This document shows positions 1 through 15,559 of a stretch of 64,000 nt of DNA, in pieces. Position 1 is the stretch's first letter, and the number at the start of each line of letters is the position of its first letter. Source of the stretch: the human T2T-CHM13v2.0 reference genome, Homo sapiens; NCBI RefSeq assembly GCF_009914755.1, contig NC_060935.1. One strand, written 5' to 3'. Position numbers and translations under genes: made by a program. Under the pieces are notes generated by a model. The model did not search any database. It was not told the DNA's origin and saw only the letters and a program-made list of their open reading frames with translations.

Positions 1-35
1 AAAGTTCTGGGATTACAGGCGTGAGCCACCGCACC
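1..35 (-). mobile_element. Alu, 5' end only (runs off the window)
   Basis: AAAGTTCTGGGATTACAGGCGTGAGCCACCGCACC is the reverse complement of the Alu left-arm start. Confidence 0.9.
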
Positions 36-331
36 ATGAGTTCTTTAAGCTGCTGTCTGAAGATTATTTCCTTTCATATTGGAATTGGAGTGTTTTAAAC
101 CTTTATTGCTTGGAGCCACGTGGAACTTCTTGTGTCACAGTAAGAGAAAAGCCCACATTTGGCCTTTCATTTTATCACAAAAAATCCAAAAAGAAGAGCA
201 TAAAAACTGGCTTACCCCATTGTTAGCTCCCTTCCTTTCCTTCTCATTCAAATAAGGGGGCCTGGGCCTTCCTCCCTCTGTCCATGCCTGTCACTTTGGT
301 TCCTGTGAGACAAGTTCTTGTGAGACAATTC

Positions 332-738
332 TGTTAAATTGTGTTTAGTCTAAAGCTGTCTCCATACATATTTTTAGTTTGATCTGAAGATTTCTCCTTA
401 CATAGTGAATTGTAACCTAACTGGATGTGTAAACAGACAACAACCTACTCTTGTACCAATCACTGAGTTTCAGCCAATCAGAGGTGGCAAACTGTTCAAA
501 CTGTGTTCAAACAAGGCAAACATTGAGCTATAACTAATCCGGTTGTTGCTGTATTTCACTTCTACTTTCTGTATGTTACCTTCCTTTTTCTGTTTGTAAA
601 TCCTTTCTGATCATGCTGACCACCTCCAGGGTTGCCCTGAACCAATTTTTGTCTGGGAGTGGGGGAGGCTGCCTGATTCATGATTCATTCTTTGCTCAAT
701 TAAATTCTGTTAAATTTAATTTGTCTGAATTTTAAACA
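332..738 (+). mobile_element. Solo ERV1 LTR, MER57 family
   Basis: TGTTAAATT...TTTAGTCTAAAGCTG start, GTAACCTAACTGGATGTGTAAACAGAC, CCAAT boxes, CAATTAAATTCTGTTAAATTTAATTTGTCT...ACA end; matches my recall of MER57A/B. Confidence 0.75.
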
Positions 739-1352
739 AAAAGAAATCCTCTTATTCCTCTACCCTTTGATTCTATGTCCTTTCTTTGTAAGAAAGAGTT
801 TAACAATCAATGGTCCATGGAACAGTTGTTGACCGGAAAAGAATGGCTTATGGGTATGCAGAGATGTGATTTGTCTTCATTCCCCATGGTGGGTAGGCAT
901 GGCCTGGGGTTTTCAGTCTGTTTACTCTGCTGCTTCCTACAGAAAGTATTACTTTGTATATGTTTTCTGAGAAACGTTGTGGAGCAATGCTTAGTGGACA
1001 GTACTTATATGGCAAGAGATTTAGGAGATCCTGATTGGTATTTCCACTTTAGCAACTCTGCAACATTACAGTAGGACACCAGATGTTCTATTTTTATGAA
1101 AATCCTAAATATCAGCAGGAAGAAATGCTAAAGGTGTCTTTAAGACTAAAGGCTAAGCCCTAGTACACTGGGTTTAGAATCACACATAAGGATCAAGAAT
1201 GAGCAAGTGGTAAAATAAACACTGTCTTTAATTTACTGAGTAGACAGGGAACTTAACCCAAATTTAATTAAGTAAAGGTATTTGGGCTCTGTTTCAGGGC
1301 AATAGTTTAGACCACTAGAAGGGGTCTTATTTAGTCAGATACTTGGTGATAA

Positions 1353-4012
<2,660 letters not shown>

Positions 4013-4179
4013 ATAATAACATAAATATTCTGTACCTCAGTTCTGGGGAATTTTATCTTAAACCATGTGAAAAAATGCTGCAAGGAAACTTATAGAATCA
4101 GGAGAGTCAGATCGTCTTTGGGAAATCACATTAAAACCCTACAATGCTAGTGGGGAAGATATGCTGTTTCACTTTGGTG

Positions 4180-4360
4180 CAGGGTTTCTCAGCCTCAACA
4201 CTTCTGACATTTTTGGTCAGATTATTGTTGACCTGCGCAGTGTAAGATGTTGAGCAACATCACTAGCCTGCCCACTGGATGCCAGTAGCATCCCCTCCTC
4301 TATTTGTAACATCCAAAAATGTCTCCTGTGAGGACAAAGTTACCCCCATTGAGAACCAGA
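4180..4360. mobile_element. MER20 hAT-Charlie DNA transposon relic
   Basis: CAGGGTTTCTCAGCCTCAACACTTCTGACATTTTTGG...CCCACTGGATGCCAGTAGCA...AAAAATGTCTCC...TTGAGAACC. Confidence 0.75.
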
Positions 4361-4713
4361 GCTTTAGAGCAGTTGGTGGCAACGTTGGCATGCTTGGGGA
4401 AGTGCTGTCAGTGGTGGCAGGTGCAGTAGCCAGGGATGATTGAGATGACCATGTAGCTGAAGTGATACTGGCAATATCTACAGCATCAGGAGCAACTTAC
4501 ATGGCACTTAGGGAAATGTGTGACCCAAAAAAACAAAACAAAACAAAAACGCTGACGGGGCAAGGAGGGGATACCCAATAACTCTACTAGGTAAGGTTCT
4601 GGAATCAAAACCTATTGCCTTGATTGACAGCTCTTGGCCCCTTTCTAGCAGTACAGTTCAGGGGTGTGATGATCATATACTTCTAGCATCACTCATTTAT
4701 TGACTATTGCATA

Positions 4714-5229
4714 TGTAGGATACCAAATTATGCCACCCCCAAATATGCCTGTTTGGCATAAGGATTATTTTGAGGTATAGCATACCCAGGAGAAGTTCTG
4801 AAAACAGAATAGATGTTACCCTTTTGTAAGGGAAATTTACATTTATAAAGGAAATTTCCATATGTAAGGGTGTTTCCCTTTTTGTACCAAAAAGAGAAAG
4901 ATGACTAAATCACAAGGAACTCTTATCAAGGAGAAGACTTAAATTTCCATAACAAGCCTTATTCTTGTTTACCCTACTTTTCCTGGTCACCTTCCCATAA
5001 CTGGCCCCCCCCACCCCTTCTTTCTTTGTTTCAGTGGATGATAGTATTTAGCCAATATTCTAAGACATCTATTTGAAATTGAGTTATTTCTCTAACTCCC
5101 ATATATATATGAAGTACACATGTTAATAAACTTCTGTTGTTTTTCTCTGGATAATCTCTTTTGTTACAAGGATCTGTTCCAGCTAATAACTTAGAAGGGT
5201 GGAGAGAAAATTATTTTTCCTCCCTTACA
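4714..5229 (+). mobile_element. Solo ERV1 LTR, MER34 family
   Basis: TGTAGGATACCAAATTATGCCACCCC..AAATATGCC..TTTGGCATAAGGATTATTTTGAG start; AATAAA near 5125; TTATTTTTCCTCCCTTACA end. Confidence 0.7.
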
Positions 5230-7197
5230 GATACCACTGTAGTACAGTCACTGTGTTAGTGATTGAGGCAGAAATCAACAAATAAGGTCATTGCACCTAA
5301 TATAGACCTGCAAACAAATAATTATAATAGTACATTAGCAACCGACATCAAGATGACACGTGTAAGTTATGATAATGGAGCAGGTGTCATACCCCGATGT
5401 GCCTGAGGAAATCAGTGAAGGGTTTGCAAAAACATTAATGCTTAACCTGAAACTTGATGGAAAAAAAGCCAATAATTTAGCAAGTAGATTTACAAAACAT
5501 GGAAAGGGCACTCAAAATAGAGGGAAAAATGTATAAATAGCACACAAAAGTGGCAGAACAACCTATCTTCTTAGGTCAAAATATAGTTAATACAGTTATA
5601 GTACAAGATGGTCGCTTTTGTGAGAGATATTGAATAAGGTACAGGGTTAGATGGGTAAGACGGTTACCTCTCCAACTATTGCTCAAGCTTTTAATGTTTC
5701 TGTCTTCATGGAAATCTGTGGTCTGCTGGTAAGAAATGTGCATATAGGCTCAATGCTCCTTGGCTAATAGAATACCAGATACTTGTTTTATGTGGCTGTG
5801 AAATGGGTGGGAAACAGAGGGAAAAGGCAGTAAAGCCAAGATTCTGCTGTGACTTCAGTCACTGGGAATGTCATTGTATTCTGAACTTGCCACCTGATTC
5901 ATACACAATGACAACGGGAGAGTGAGGGGCAAAAGACCAAGACAAACCCATCTTCACAGAGAAAAAGCCATATGAACATACATGCCCTTACCACATGTCA
6001 GGGTTCCATTTTTCTCTGTAGTAGTTGCTTTCTAACCAGTGCTTTTTTTATTACCATGTGATTATTATTAATGATTTTATTACTGTTACTCTTTCTTTAA
6101 TGAGGAACTGGCGCTCATGTCTTATAAAACTTCAGTGTACTTTGCCAACATTATTTTTTTTCCTAGACAGTCCTTCTCTCTTTTTTTACTCTGCATTGGT
6201 ATGTTAATTCTTTCCCAATGAGTCAGTAAGGACGGAAATATTGAATTAGTTGAAAAGACATATTTACATAGCTCTGAAGAAAAGTACCAGTATCCTAGAT
6301 TAGCACAAAGCTTTAAAAAATTTATAAAGCCACTGCTTTCATCTACCCTGAGAGGAAAATTACAATGGATTTTCTGACAATAGAGTAGGAAAATAGTCTG
6401 CATACAATAAAGTCCTACAGCCATCCAAATCACTGCCATAGCTATTCAACTATCCCATAAGGTCCTCATAACTCCTGTGGAAACAGGAACAGAAAAACAA
6501 GAGGAACCAACAAGGCAGGGATTGTTAGTGACCTACTGTGCTGGCTGAGAAGAGATTTCTGCATATTTGGTTCTGACTGTCTTTATCCTGCCCTTCATTA
6601 TGTTCTCCTGCAACAGTTAGAAAGGAAAGTATTCCAATACTCTGATTCTGATATTGAATATAATTCAGGTTAGATTTTTGTCACAAAATTGTATTTTAAA
6701 TATTTATAAACCTCAGCTTAATTTTCAAATCAGTTTCTCCACAAACTATTTACTTACAAAATGTACAAAGAATGAAGGCTTACGTGAATAAAAATTAGAA
6801 ATGAAGAGAAAAATCCTCATCATGTTAAAAACTAATTCGGTTTACTAATGGTTAGCATGTTTCCATGTCAACCTTAGGTACTTTTAGGCAATTTTCACAA
6901 TGAAATTTTCTATTACAATATCTATCTTAGAAGAATTTTTACAATAGAGTTGATTCATTGTAATATTGTGCCTCCAAGTATATTTCTATATTTGTTCAGA
7001 AGAGTTTTGAAGGCTCTGTCACAGGGTTGATTTTTTTTCTTCTTACAGTGTACTTGCTAATATTGAATAAATGAGATTTATTTTATTACCTTCAAATGGT
7101 TTTTTTTTTCCTTTTAGAGAGTGTTGAGGGCAATATGTTAAAATATGTTTAAAAAGATTTCAGGTTTTGACACAAATTATAAAATGTAAATTCAAAC

Positions 7198-8373
7198 TGT
7201 AGAGGTGAATTCCCTTCTACCCTCTGAAAGTTCACTGAAATGAGCTGACAGTAGACAGGTTAATAGAAGAAAAGGCATACAAGTCTATTAATGTGCATGG
7301 GGGAAAAATCACAGGACAGTATTGTCCTCTAACACAATCAGATTCAGGGACTTATATACCCCTCTTCATAGGGAAGAGAGAAATGAAGGTGTAGGCATTT
7401 TAGAGGGGTAGTAAATGATTTTTAGGGGAAATGCCCAAAAGAGCAGTCAACAGTTTGTAAGTGATTCCTTCTGGAAACTGAATGAGCCCCAAGAACGGAC
7501 AAAGAACTGAGACAAAGTTCCTCTAAGCTCTGGGGAGGTAGTGACAAATTTTGGGAAGGTAAGGGGTGGAACTTCACTGTGAACAGACGTTGTCTTATTA
7601 TGTAGATAATATCTCCCAGATAATTCCTTGGAGATGCTCCTAGAAGTATAGATGAAGTCTGTGCATTGTGACAAGTTTTGATCTTTTCTCCAAAAGTAAA
7701 CCTTTCCTGGTTATTTGATGTGATTCCTAGGAATGAGGTTGTATTAATTTGTTCTTGCACTGTTGTAAAGAAATACCCGAGACTGGGTAATTTAAAAAGA
7801 AAAGAAGTTTAATTGCCTCACGTTCTGTAGGCTGAATAGGAAGCACAGTGGCTCCTGCTCAACTTCTGGGGAGGCCTCAGGAAACTTACAATTATGGTGG
7901 AAGGCAAAGGGGAAGCCAGCATTTCACATGGCTGGAGCAGACAGAACAGAGAGATTGGGTAGGTGCCACACACTTTTAAACAAGGTCTCATAAGAACTCA
8001 CTATCACTTTGTCAGCACCAAAGGGGATGGTGTTAAACCATGAGAAACCGCCCCCATGCTCCAGTCACCTCCCACCAGGCTCCACCTTCAACACTGGAGA
8101 TTGTAATTCAACATGAGATCTGGGTGAGGACACAAATCCAAACCATATCAGAGGTTTCAAGACAATTTCATTTCTTTTGGAAGAAGTTTCCTTCCTCAGT
8201 CAGATAAGAGAACTTCCAGAGAGAGCCCTTCCCTGTGCGTGGTTGGGGGTGAAAGGAAAGGTTAGAAAGCCCTTGGTTTTGAGGTCGCTTCTGTCTTGCA
8301 ATTTTCTTTAACTTAAAAGTGTTCAGAGTTCCAAAGCACTGTACTTTGGGGTATTGTTCTTTGAGCCCCAACA
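7198..8373 (-). mobile_element. Solo ERV1 LTR (MER34/MER39/LTR48 group), split by MSTA
   Basis: Minus strand begins TGTTGGGGCTCAAAGAACAATACCCCAAAGTAC; TG...CA termini. Confidence 0.65.
7740..8150 (-). mobile_element. MaLR solo LTR (MSTA)
   Basis: TGTATTAATTTGTTCTTGCACTG...GAGACTGGGTAATTT...CAAACCATATCA; perfect 5-bp TSD GAGGT at 7735-7739 and 8151-8155. Confidence 0.88.
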
Positions 8374-9352
8374 AAAGTTTTTGTTGTCCCCTTCTTGCAC
8401 TCCCTGACATGTTCTTATTACATGTGAGTGCTAGGTTTCTGGGATTTTCTTGCCGTTATAATTCTTTTAAATTAGGCTTTCCCCTAGGAAATGGACACAT
8501 TCTCCTGTCTATGAGAAGCCAGAGGCGTGTGCGCTGCTTTAAATTCCCTCCCGAGGGCTCCACAGTGAGGCAGTTGCATAGGTTGCTATACTTATTGTGA
8601 ATACTGCAGGCTGTGTCTGAAGCAGAATGGACATGATGGCACCACTGTGTTTTGAAGAGGGACGTGTTCACATTGGCCCACATCCTGCAACACCCTGCCC
8701 TGCTCGTGGCACTGACCCCCTTTCCCTACCTGGGCAGGCACTGACAAGGAGATGGTTCAGAATTCCTGTTGATGAATCCCCAGCACCTGGTGTAGAATTA
8801 AAAAAAACACTTTTCATATGTGTGGCTATTTACTCCATTTGAGAGCAGAAACATTTATCCTTCTGTAACAAGATAGTAAATAGAAAGTTTCAACTGGACC
8901 ATCCTCATGCAATAGCTATGGAATTTCAAAATGAGGTGCCAGGCTATGATGTAGATTTTCAAACAATTGTTTGAGAATTGGTTTACAACTCTAGGAACTT
9001 TCATATTCAAGAGGGAGATTAAAAGGTTGAGAGAACAGAGATTAAAAGAATACCTTGGAAGGTGATTTATCAGGTCAGAGAACTAAGGGGAGTAGAGGGA
9101 GCACTGCCACTTAGTTCATTCTTGGTGATGTGACAGGCATGCATCAGGGCCATTGGAAAAGCTTGATGAATGTTCCCTGTAGTTGGCAATACAGAGGGTT
9201 GGTGTCAGTTTCCTGCTTGCCCACAGCAGCTGAGTAAAGGTGCTGCACCTGCAAAGTAACTGAATTTTCCTGAGATTGTGGTTCAAAGTCACGTATATCC
9301 CAGAGAGCAGAGTTGGGAGCAGCAGCAGAAAGTTTAGTCCAGGGTCTGTTTA

Positions 9353-9739
<387 letters not shown>

Positions 9740-9926
9740 CTAGCCAGATCAAAGGAATCAGAAAGCCCCAGCAGCTAAGACTCTTGGAATGTACTCTTGG
9801 ACAGTCATGGCTAGAAATGAGAAAGAGAGAAGGAGTCCACCTTGCATTTGAAGGCAGATGTTTGTCTGTGGCTGGTGTGGGCTGAAGCGGCTTCCTTTTG
9901 AAAGAAGGTTGAAGTATCGCTTGTCT

Positions 9927-10501
9927 TGTATAGGATATAATAAATTCCTCTTCAAAGGTTTTAGCCTGTAAATTGTTAAGTACAATGAGTTCTGAGATCC
10001 TCTCCAAAGAACCAATGCATCAGTATGTTCAGATTCTCTGTTTTTTGTCCTTCATTTTAAAGTTTAACTTCCTCTGTTCTCTTTGTTTCTTTGCCCCTAG
10101 TTTCAGTAAACACCCCCCTCCTAGCCTCTATCACCTGATCTGTCCTGAGTCACCCCTGGTCACCTGCTGTGACGTGAGTCATCCTGAGTCACCTGTTCTG
10201 TAACCATCCTTCCCGCCAAACTATTCACACCACCACTCCGGCTCGTACCCCTGCTCTCTTTAAAATAGCCAATTGGAATTAGCTTAGACTGTGTGGTCCA
10301 ACCCTAGCCAATAGGCGAACGACACAGCAGTAGGAGCTACCCACATCTGGGATAAAAACCCCTTACCCTCCCTTGTTCAGGTGTGCTCTCGCCATTGCTC
10401 CATCCATGAAATGCACTCTTCTATACAAGTAAATTGCCTTGCTGAGAAAATTTTTGCTGAAGTGCTATTTCTTTTGCGGCACCGAAAGTTTATTTCTAAC
10501 A
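9927..10501 (+). mobile_element. Solo HERV-I LTR (LTR10 family, LTR10E-like)
   Basis: GATATAATAAATTCCTCTTCAAAGG...AATGAGTTCTGAGATCCTCTCCAAAGAACCAATG; two CCAAT boxes; AGTAAA poly(A)-like signal; TTTATTTCTAACA end. Confidence 0.8.
10146..10191. promoter_or_regulatory. Cluster of three AP-1 sites inside LTR10
   Basis: TGAGTCA at 10146-10152, 10175-10181 and 10185-10191; the motifs are seen directly, activity is not shown. Confidence 0.55.
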
Positions 10502-11181
10502 CTTGGAATGAAGACTTAATTTCTGAATTAAAGGTATGTTCTGTGATTAAAGTGTGATAATGACTTTACTTACATAAGTGACATCATCATTGGATGGCAC
10601 GGGTTTCCATCTGAAGTACAGGGGAAAGAACTACTACTCAGCAGGCTTAAAAGGAGAATGGAGGCAAAATAAATGTACTTGGGCAGTTTTACCCCAGCAA
10701 TCCACTAGAATTTTTTATATTTTTCTAAAACATCTAGGATTCTCTTCCTTGTGTTTAATGTCTCAAGGAGGCGGGGACATGGCTTTCTAGGCTTTTTGAG
10801 ACCCAGCACTAAGCAAAACAGAATCATAAGTATATAAAGCAAAGCCCATAAACCATCCTCAATAAGCAGTGCCTGCTTTCAAGTGCAGAAGGCCCAGGAA
10901 GGTCGTAAGGTAGATCCAGAATCAGTCGTTATTGGTCAGCAGGCCTTTGAGGAAGAACAATAGGGACTGTGAATCTCTGAAAAATGCTTTCCCCTGCAAG
11001 ATGGCATTGCACTCAGACAAGTTGCTGGTCTCTTTCCTTCCCCTCCCCTCCTCTCCTCTTACATTACCTTCCTTTCCTCCTTTTTCTTTTTTCTTCCCTA
11101 TTTATTGTCCAAATGGGCATAGCCATGGCTAGAAGTTGAAGGTAAGGTACAAAATGATGGTGAACTAATCACTTTAAAATT

Positions 11182-11440
11182 CACAGGGTGACTATAGTCA
11201 ATAATAACTGTACATTTTAAAATAAAGAGTGTCATTGGATTTAAAAATAACTTAAAGAGTGTCATTTAAAATAACTTAAAGAGTGTGTGCAATTCAGTGG
11301 ATAAATTCTCGATGAGATGGATAACCCATTCTTCATGATGTATTTTTTTCACATTGCATGCCTGTATTGAAACATCTTATGTACCTCCTAAATGTATACA
11401 CCCACTATGTACTCACGGAAATTAAAGAAAACAACAAAAC
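11182..11440 (+). mobile_element. L1MA 3' end fragment
   Basis: CAGGGTGACTATAGTCAATAATAA...CACATTGCATGCCTGTAT..AAACATCTTATGTACC...CACTATGTACTCAC followed by an A-rich tail. Confidence 0.8.
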
Positions 11441-11744
11441 TTCTTTTCAAGAAGCTTAAAGACTTGTGCACTTTTTTGCCATGCATATGACAGAAGCTTC
11501 ATTTTCAATTTTAATTATTAAAAATTCTTATATTTTGTGGCAGAAGATTCGTGGACCTTGTCTCCAACTAGAGGAGCTCTAGCGTACTGAAGGACACTGA
11601 GAGGTAATTTCTCCTAAAGGTGCAGCCACCCTGAGTTTGCATGGCAAAAGCTTCAGGTGCCCCCCACCCCACATCAGGATACTGGATGGAGCTGCTGTCA
11701 TTGTGGGAGGCTGTATAAAGGGCGGTTAAAGTTTTAGGTATCAA

Positions 11745-11935
11745 GAGTTTTATTACATGTGTCAAATCCTGGCTCCACAGCATGCTTCTATAATTTATAT
11801 AAACACTTTGTGCGTCAGTTTCCTAATCTGCCAAATGGACATGATCATAGAACCTCTAAATGATTGTTAAGAGGTTTAAATGAAAAATGTACTTAGAATG
11901 TTCTGACATATGGCACCCCAAAAATATTCTTTTAT
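11745..11935 (+). mobile_element. MIR
   Basis: TCAAATCCTGGCTCCAC...TCAGTTTCCTAATCTGCCAAATGG core. Confidence 0.6.
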
Positions 11936-12989
11936 TAATTTGTGACATGTTCTCTTTCAACCAGGAGAGGTAAAAAGGAGGAACTGCCTGCTGAATTTTG
12001 ACAACATTTAACCCTTAGGTTAAATGGGGATTTCTAAACTTGCCTGGGGGTCTTCCAAGGCACTGACACAAGGGGAATTCTGGGGCCCGTCTAAAGTATG
12101 ATCTTCTTAAACTCAGCTTAGAAATAATTTGTTGCATTTTTCTTTTGCAAGAAGGCTAATCTGCTACTCCGGATATTACTTCCACGGGATGGTAATGAGG
12201 CTTTCTGGGAAGTAGTAGTTAATAGCTTTAGGTGTCTTTTGTTTCCTTTGTAACTGTTAGGGTGCAGACGCTGATTGATGGATGTCAGCAAGAGAGACTG
12301 CAGGTAAGAACAATTGGGGCCGCTGTAAGGTTTCAGAGTAAAAGAGAGATGAAGGTTTAGATCTAGCCACATCTGTTTGAATTCACTCAGAGAAGCCAGA
12401 CTGGAGCTGCTCCAGGGCAGAGATTTACAATTCTGTCATCTCCTTGCAGTGCCCAGCAGGCTGGCCGCTCAATAAATATTTGCAATATAACATAAATGGT
12501 AAATTTGGAAAAGAAGACAAAATGAGGCGGAGGCGGGAGACAGAGTAGGAAGATTTCAGGTCGTGGGGAGAGAAAAAAGTAAAGGGAAGCCACATATGAT
12601 GGGAAAGATATTCATGTGGAAGATATTGGGATGCTGACTACTACTGCTGAGGTCAGTAGGCAGGGTAGAACAACTCAGGGCTCTATGGAGGAAGAATGGG
12701 ATGGGAAGTGATGGGAAGGAGAAGACAAAGAGCAGGAGGAAAACAATTCCATTTGAGGGTAAGAGCATTTCTCTGGAGCAGGAAAGAGCAATAAAGTCCA
12801 CGCAAAGATCAGTGGAGCTGCCCTGAAAGTGGCAGCATGTGACAGGCACAGTGCTCACCCTGGACGGCTGCAGTGGAGCATGCAAAGGGAAGCACGAGAG
12901 GAGGAGAGTCAGAGAAACAAGAATGGGGAGAATGTTCATCGTCAGTCTTTATATGTTTATTTTGTAATATCAGTGAGAGTTAGTAGATT

Positions 12990-13062
12990 ATTTTCCTTCT
13001 TTCTTCTTTTTCTTCCCCCCTTCCTTCCTTTCTTTCTCTCTCTTCTCCTTCCTTCCTTTCTT
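12990..13062. repeat. Pyrimidine-rich (CTTC/CT)n low-complexity tract
   Basis: About 70 nt almost only C/T. Confidence 0.8.
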
Positions 13063-13824
13063 TTAGGAGGTTTGTAAGATTCATTTTAAATATACAGCAT
13101 AGAAATATCACCTTGTCTAGTAACCTATGAGCTCATGAGGCCATGTGTGTGGAATGACTTTAATGAGGATACTGCAAAAGTAAAGAATGATTATTAAGCC
13201 AGGACCAAGGCTGGGAACCTCCTCATCTCTTGCCAACTCTCAGAAGGGGTGTCTTGGGTGAAGTCCATGTGACCAAAAGGAAAGTCAAATGTAAAGTGAT
13301 TTTTTTAGTTCCCGCTGCATAAACTACTTTTTAGAGTGAAATTGTAAAACACAAAGCTGAACTCCAAAAAGGCCTCTGGCTGCAATATTAGCAGTGTGAT
13401 GGTTTATGGAAATACTTTAGGGCGGCTGCATTCTGGCCCGCTGCCTGAATCCAAGCATCTCCCCCTGGGTCTCTGACTAAGCCTGACTAAACTAATTTAC
13501 TCTGAGTGCGAGGCACACTATTCACATCAAAAGAATGTACTTAAGTAGATATAGTGCAACCTTCCCCTGTGGTTGGTTTTGCTTTGCTCTATACTGAAGC
13601 TTGGCTGCCATCTGGAAAGATGTCCTAACTTCACTGTTGAGCCAATAAAGCTGGAATAATGTGAAATGGCATAAGCTTTTAAGTCAGGCCACTGGAGAGT
13701 GAGAGGCTGCCATGGGAGGGGGAGGGTGTAGTAGTAGGTGAGTGGCAGTGGAAGGCTAGAAATGCATCCAGGCCAGGCCCTTAACTGAATTCCACAAATG
13801 GGATGGCTCCTGCGTAGAATAGTG

Positions 13825-14018
13825 TGATGGTTATGGCAATAAACTTTTGAGTTAGCAAGACACAGGTTGGAATCCCTGGCTTGGCCCTTTAGTAATTTGG
13901 CCAAGTTATTTAACTTCTCTGAACCAATTTCCTCATAAATAAAATGAGGAAAATAATACCGACCTCACTAGGTTTTCCTAAGGTTTAAATAAAATTCATA
14001 TGTAAAGCATTTAGCTCA
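13825..14018 (+). mobile_element. MIR
   Basis: TTGGCCAAGTTATTTAACTTCTCTGAACC..TTTCCTCAT..ATAAAATG...ATATGTAAAGCATTTAGC. Confidence 0.75.
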
Positions 14019-14570
14019 GAGTGGTTTTCAACTCTGACTGCACATTGGAATTCAGTAGTGCTGTGATTTGAACATGACCCCAAAGTTTATGCGTTGAAAC
14101 TTAATCCCCAACGCAACAGTGTTAAGAGGTCGGACCTTTCTGAGGTGGTTAAGTCATGTGGGCTCCATCCTCATGAATGAATTAACACCATTATCTTGGG
14201 AATGGGTTAACTTCAGCCCCCTGCCCTGCTCTCTCTCATACACATGCTCTCTTGTCCTTCTGCCTTCCACCATGGGATGATGCAATAAGAAGACCCTCAC
14301 CAGATTTAAGCCCCTTCATCTTGGACTTCCCAGCCTCTAGTATTATAAGAAATAAATTTCCGTTCTTTATAAACTACGCAGTCTCATATATTCTGTTACA
14401 GAAGCACGAAGCAGATGAAGGCAAGTAGGGAGGGTCTAAAACTATCCTCATGCCGCTGCAGTTCAGTTCAGACAAATTCAATCAGAATCGCCAGGACTGG
14501 CGCCTGGTAATTGTAGGCGAGGACCACTCACAGGTGATTCTGATGCACCACGAATGTTGAGACTATTGTG
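14017..14570. mobile_element. MER5-type hAT relic interrupted by an MST LTR
   Basis: CAGAGTGGTTTTCAAC..GACTGCACATTGGAAT on the left; AATCAGAATC...CAGGTGATTCTGATGCAC...TTGAGA on the right. Confidence 0.65.
14059..14423 (+). mobile_element. MaLR solo LTR (MSTC/MSTD-like)
   Basis: TGCTGTGATTTGAAC...GAAACTTAATCCCCAA...CTTGGACTTCCCAGCCTC...AAATAAATTTC; perfect TSD AGTAG at 14054-14058 and 14424-14428. Confidence 0.82.
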
Positions 14571-14944
14571 AACTACCTAGTTTGCACTCATGAAAGAACA
14601 GCTGCTACAGGAGAAAGGTTTCAATGACAAACTGCTGGAAAAATACTTACCATAGCACATAGCATATACTAAATACTTGGAAACAGGTAGCTATTTTTGC
14701 TTACCCTAATTTTATTAAGCCATAGTATAATAGTTAGTAGGTGAGCTTAACTATAGGCACTAGAGAACACATATGAAGTATGAGTTTTACTCTGAGGAGT
14801 GTTAAGTGTGATAAGAGAAAGCATATCAAACCTTAATGAAACTGGATTAAGGGAATATGTTTTTTTTTAAAGTGCGGTGTCAAATTGCTGTCAAAATAAG
14901 TCAACATTCATAATTTCTTACCAAGTTAACTCTTAGTGGAGAGG

Positions 14945-15175
14945 CAGGAGAGCAGAGTGGCTAGCAGTGTGATCTTTGAGGCTGACTGTCCATGTTCCAA
15001 CTCTAACTCAGTCACTTACTAGGTGGGTGGACTATTTAACATCTCTGTGCCTCAATGTCCTCATTGATAAAAATGGAGATAATAATGGTACCTGCATCAA
15101 GAATGTTGTGAGGAGTAAATAAGTTAATATAAGTAAAGCACTCTCTGCAAAACCTGGCACTTAGTGATTAATACT
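14945..15175 (+). mobile_element. MIR
   Basis: ATTTAACATCTCTGTGCCTCAATGTCCTCATT..TAAAATGGAGATAATAAT...GTAAAGCAC. Confidence 0.78.
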
Positions 15176-15559
15176 AGCATCAGCTAGTAGTAGTAAAATA
15201 CATTCAGTAACACTTAAAATCCTAATTTTACTATTTTAAGTGTATTTAAATTTTTTAAAGATCTGAGTGTCAAAAGTGATCAAATTCTAAAGTAATATGC
15301 ATTTTTGTATGTCATAGAATCACTTGAAAGTTTTGTTAAAAATTAGAATTCCTAGTGACTCTGATGCACACAAAACTAGGAGAGTCGTCAGTTGGTGAAT
15401 CCTAACCACAGGGTCACAGGGTCTGCTTCAGTGGGTGGCACTGAGCAGTACAGGACATGATTATTGTATCAGGAGAGCAGCTTCGAAGGAGGTCACGTGC
15501 CCTCAAATTTCCCCAAACATAAGAAAACCCTTTAGAAAACAACGTAGAACCTCCAAGAT

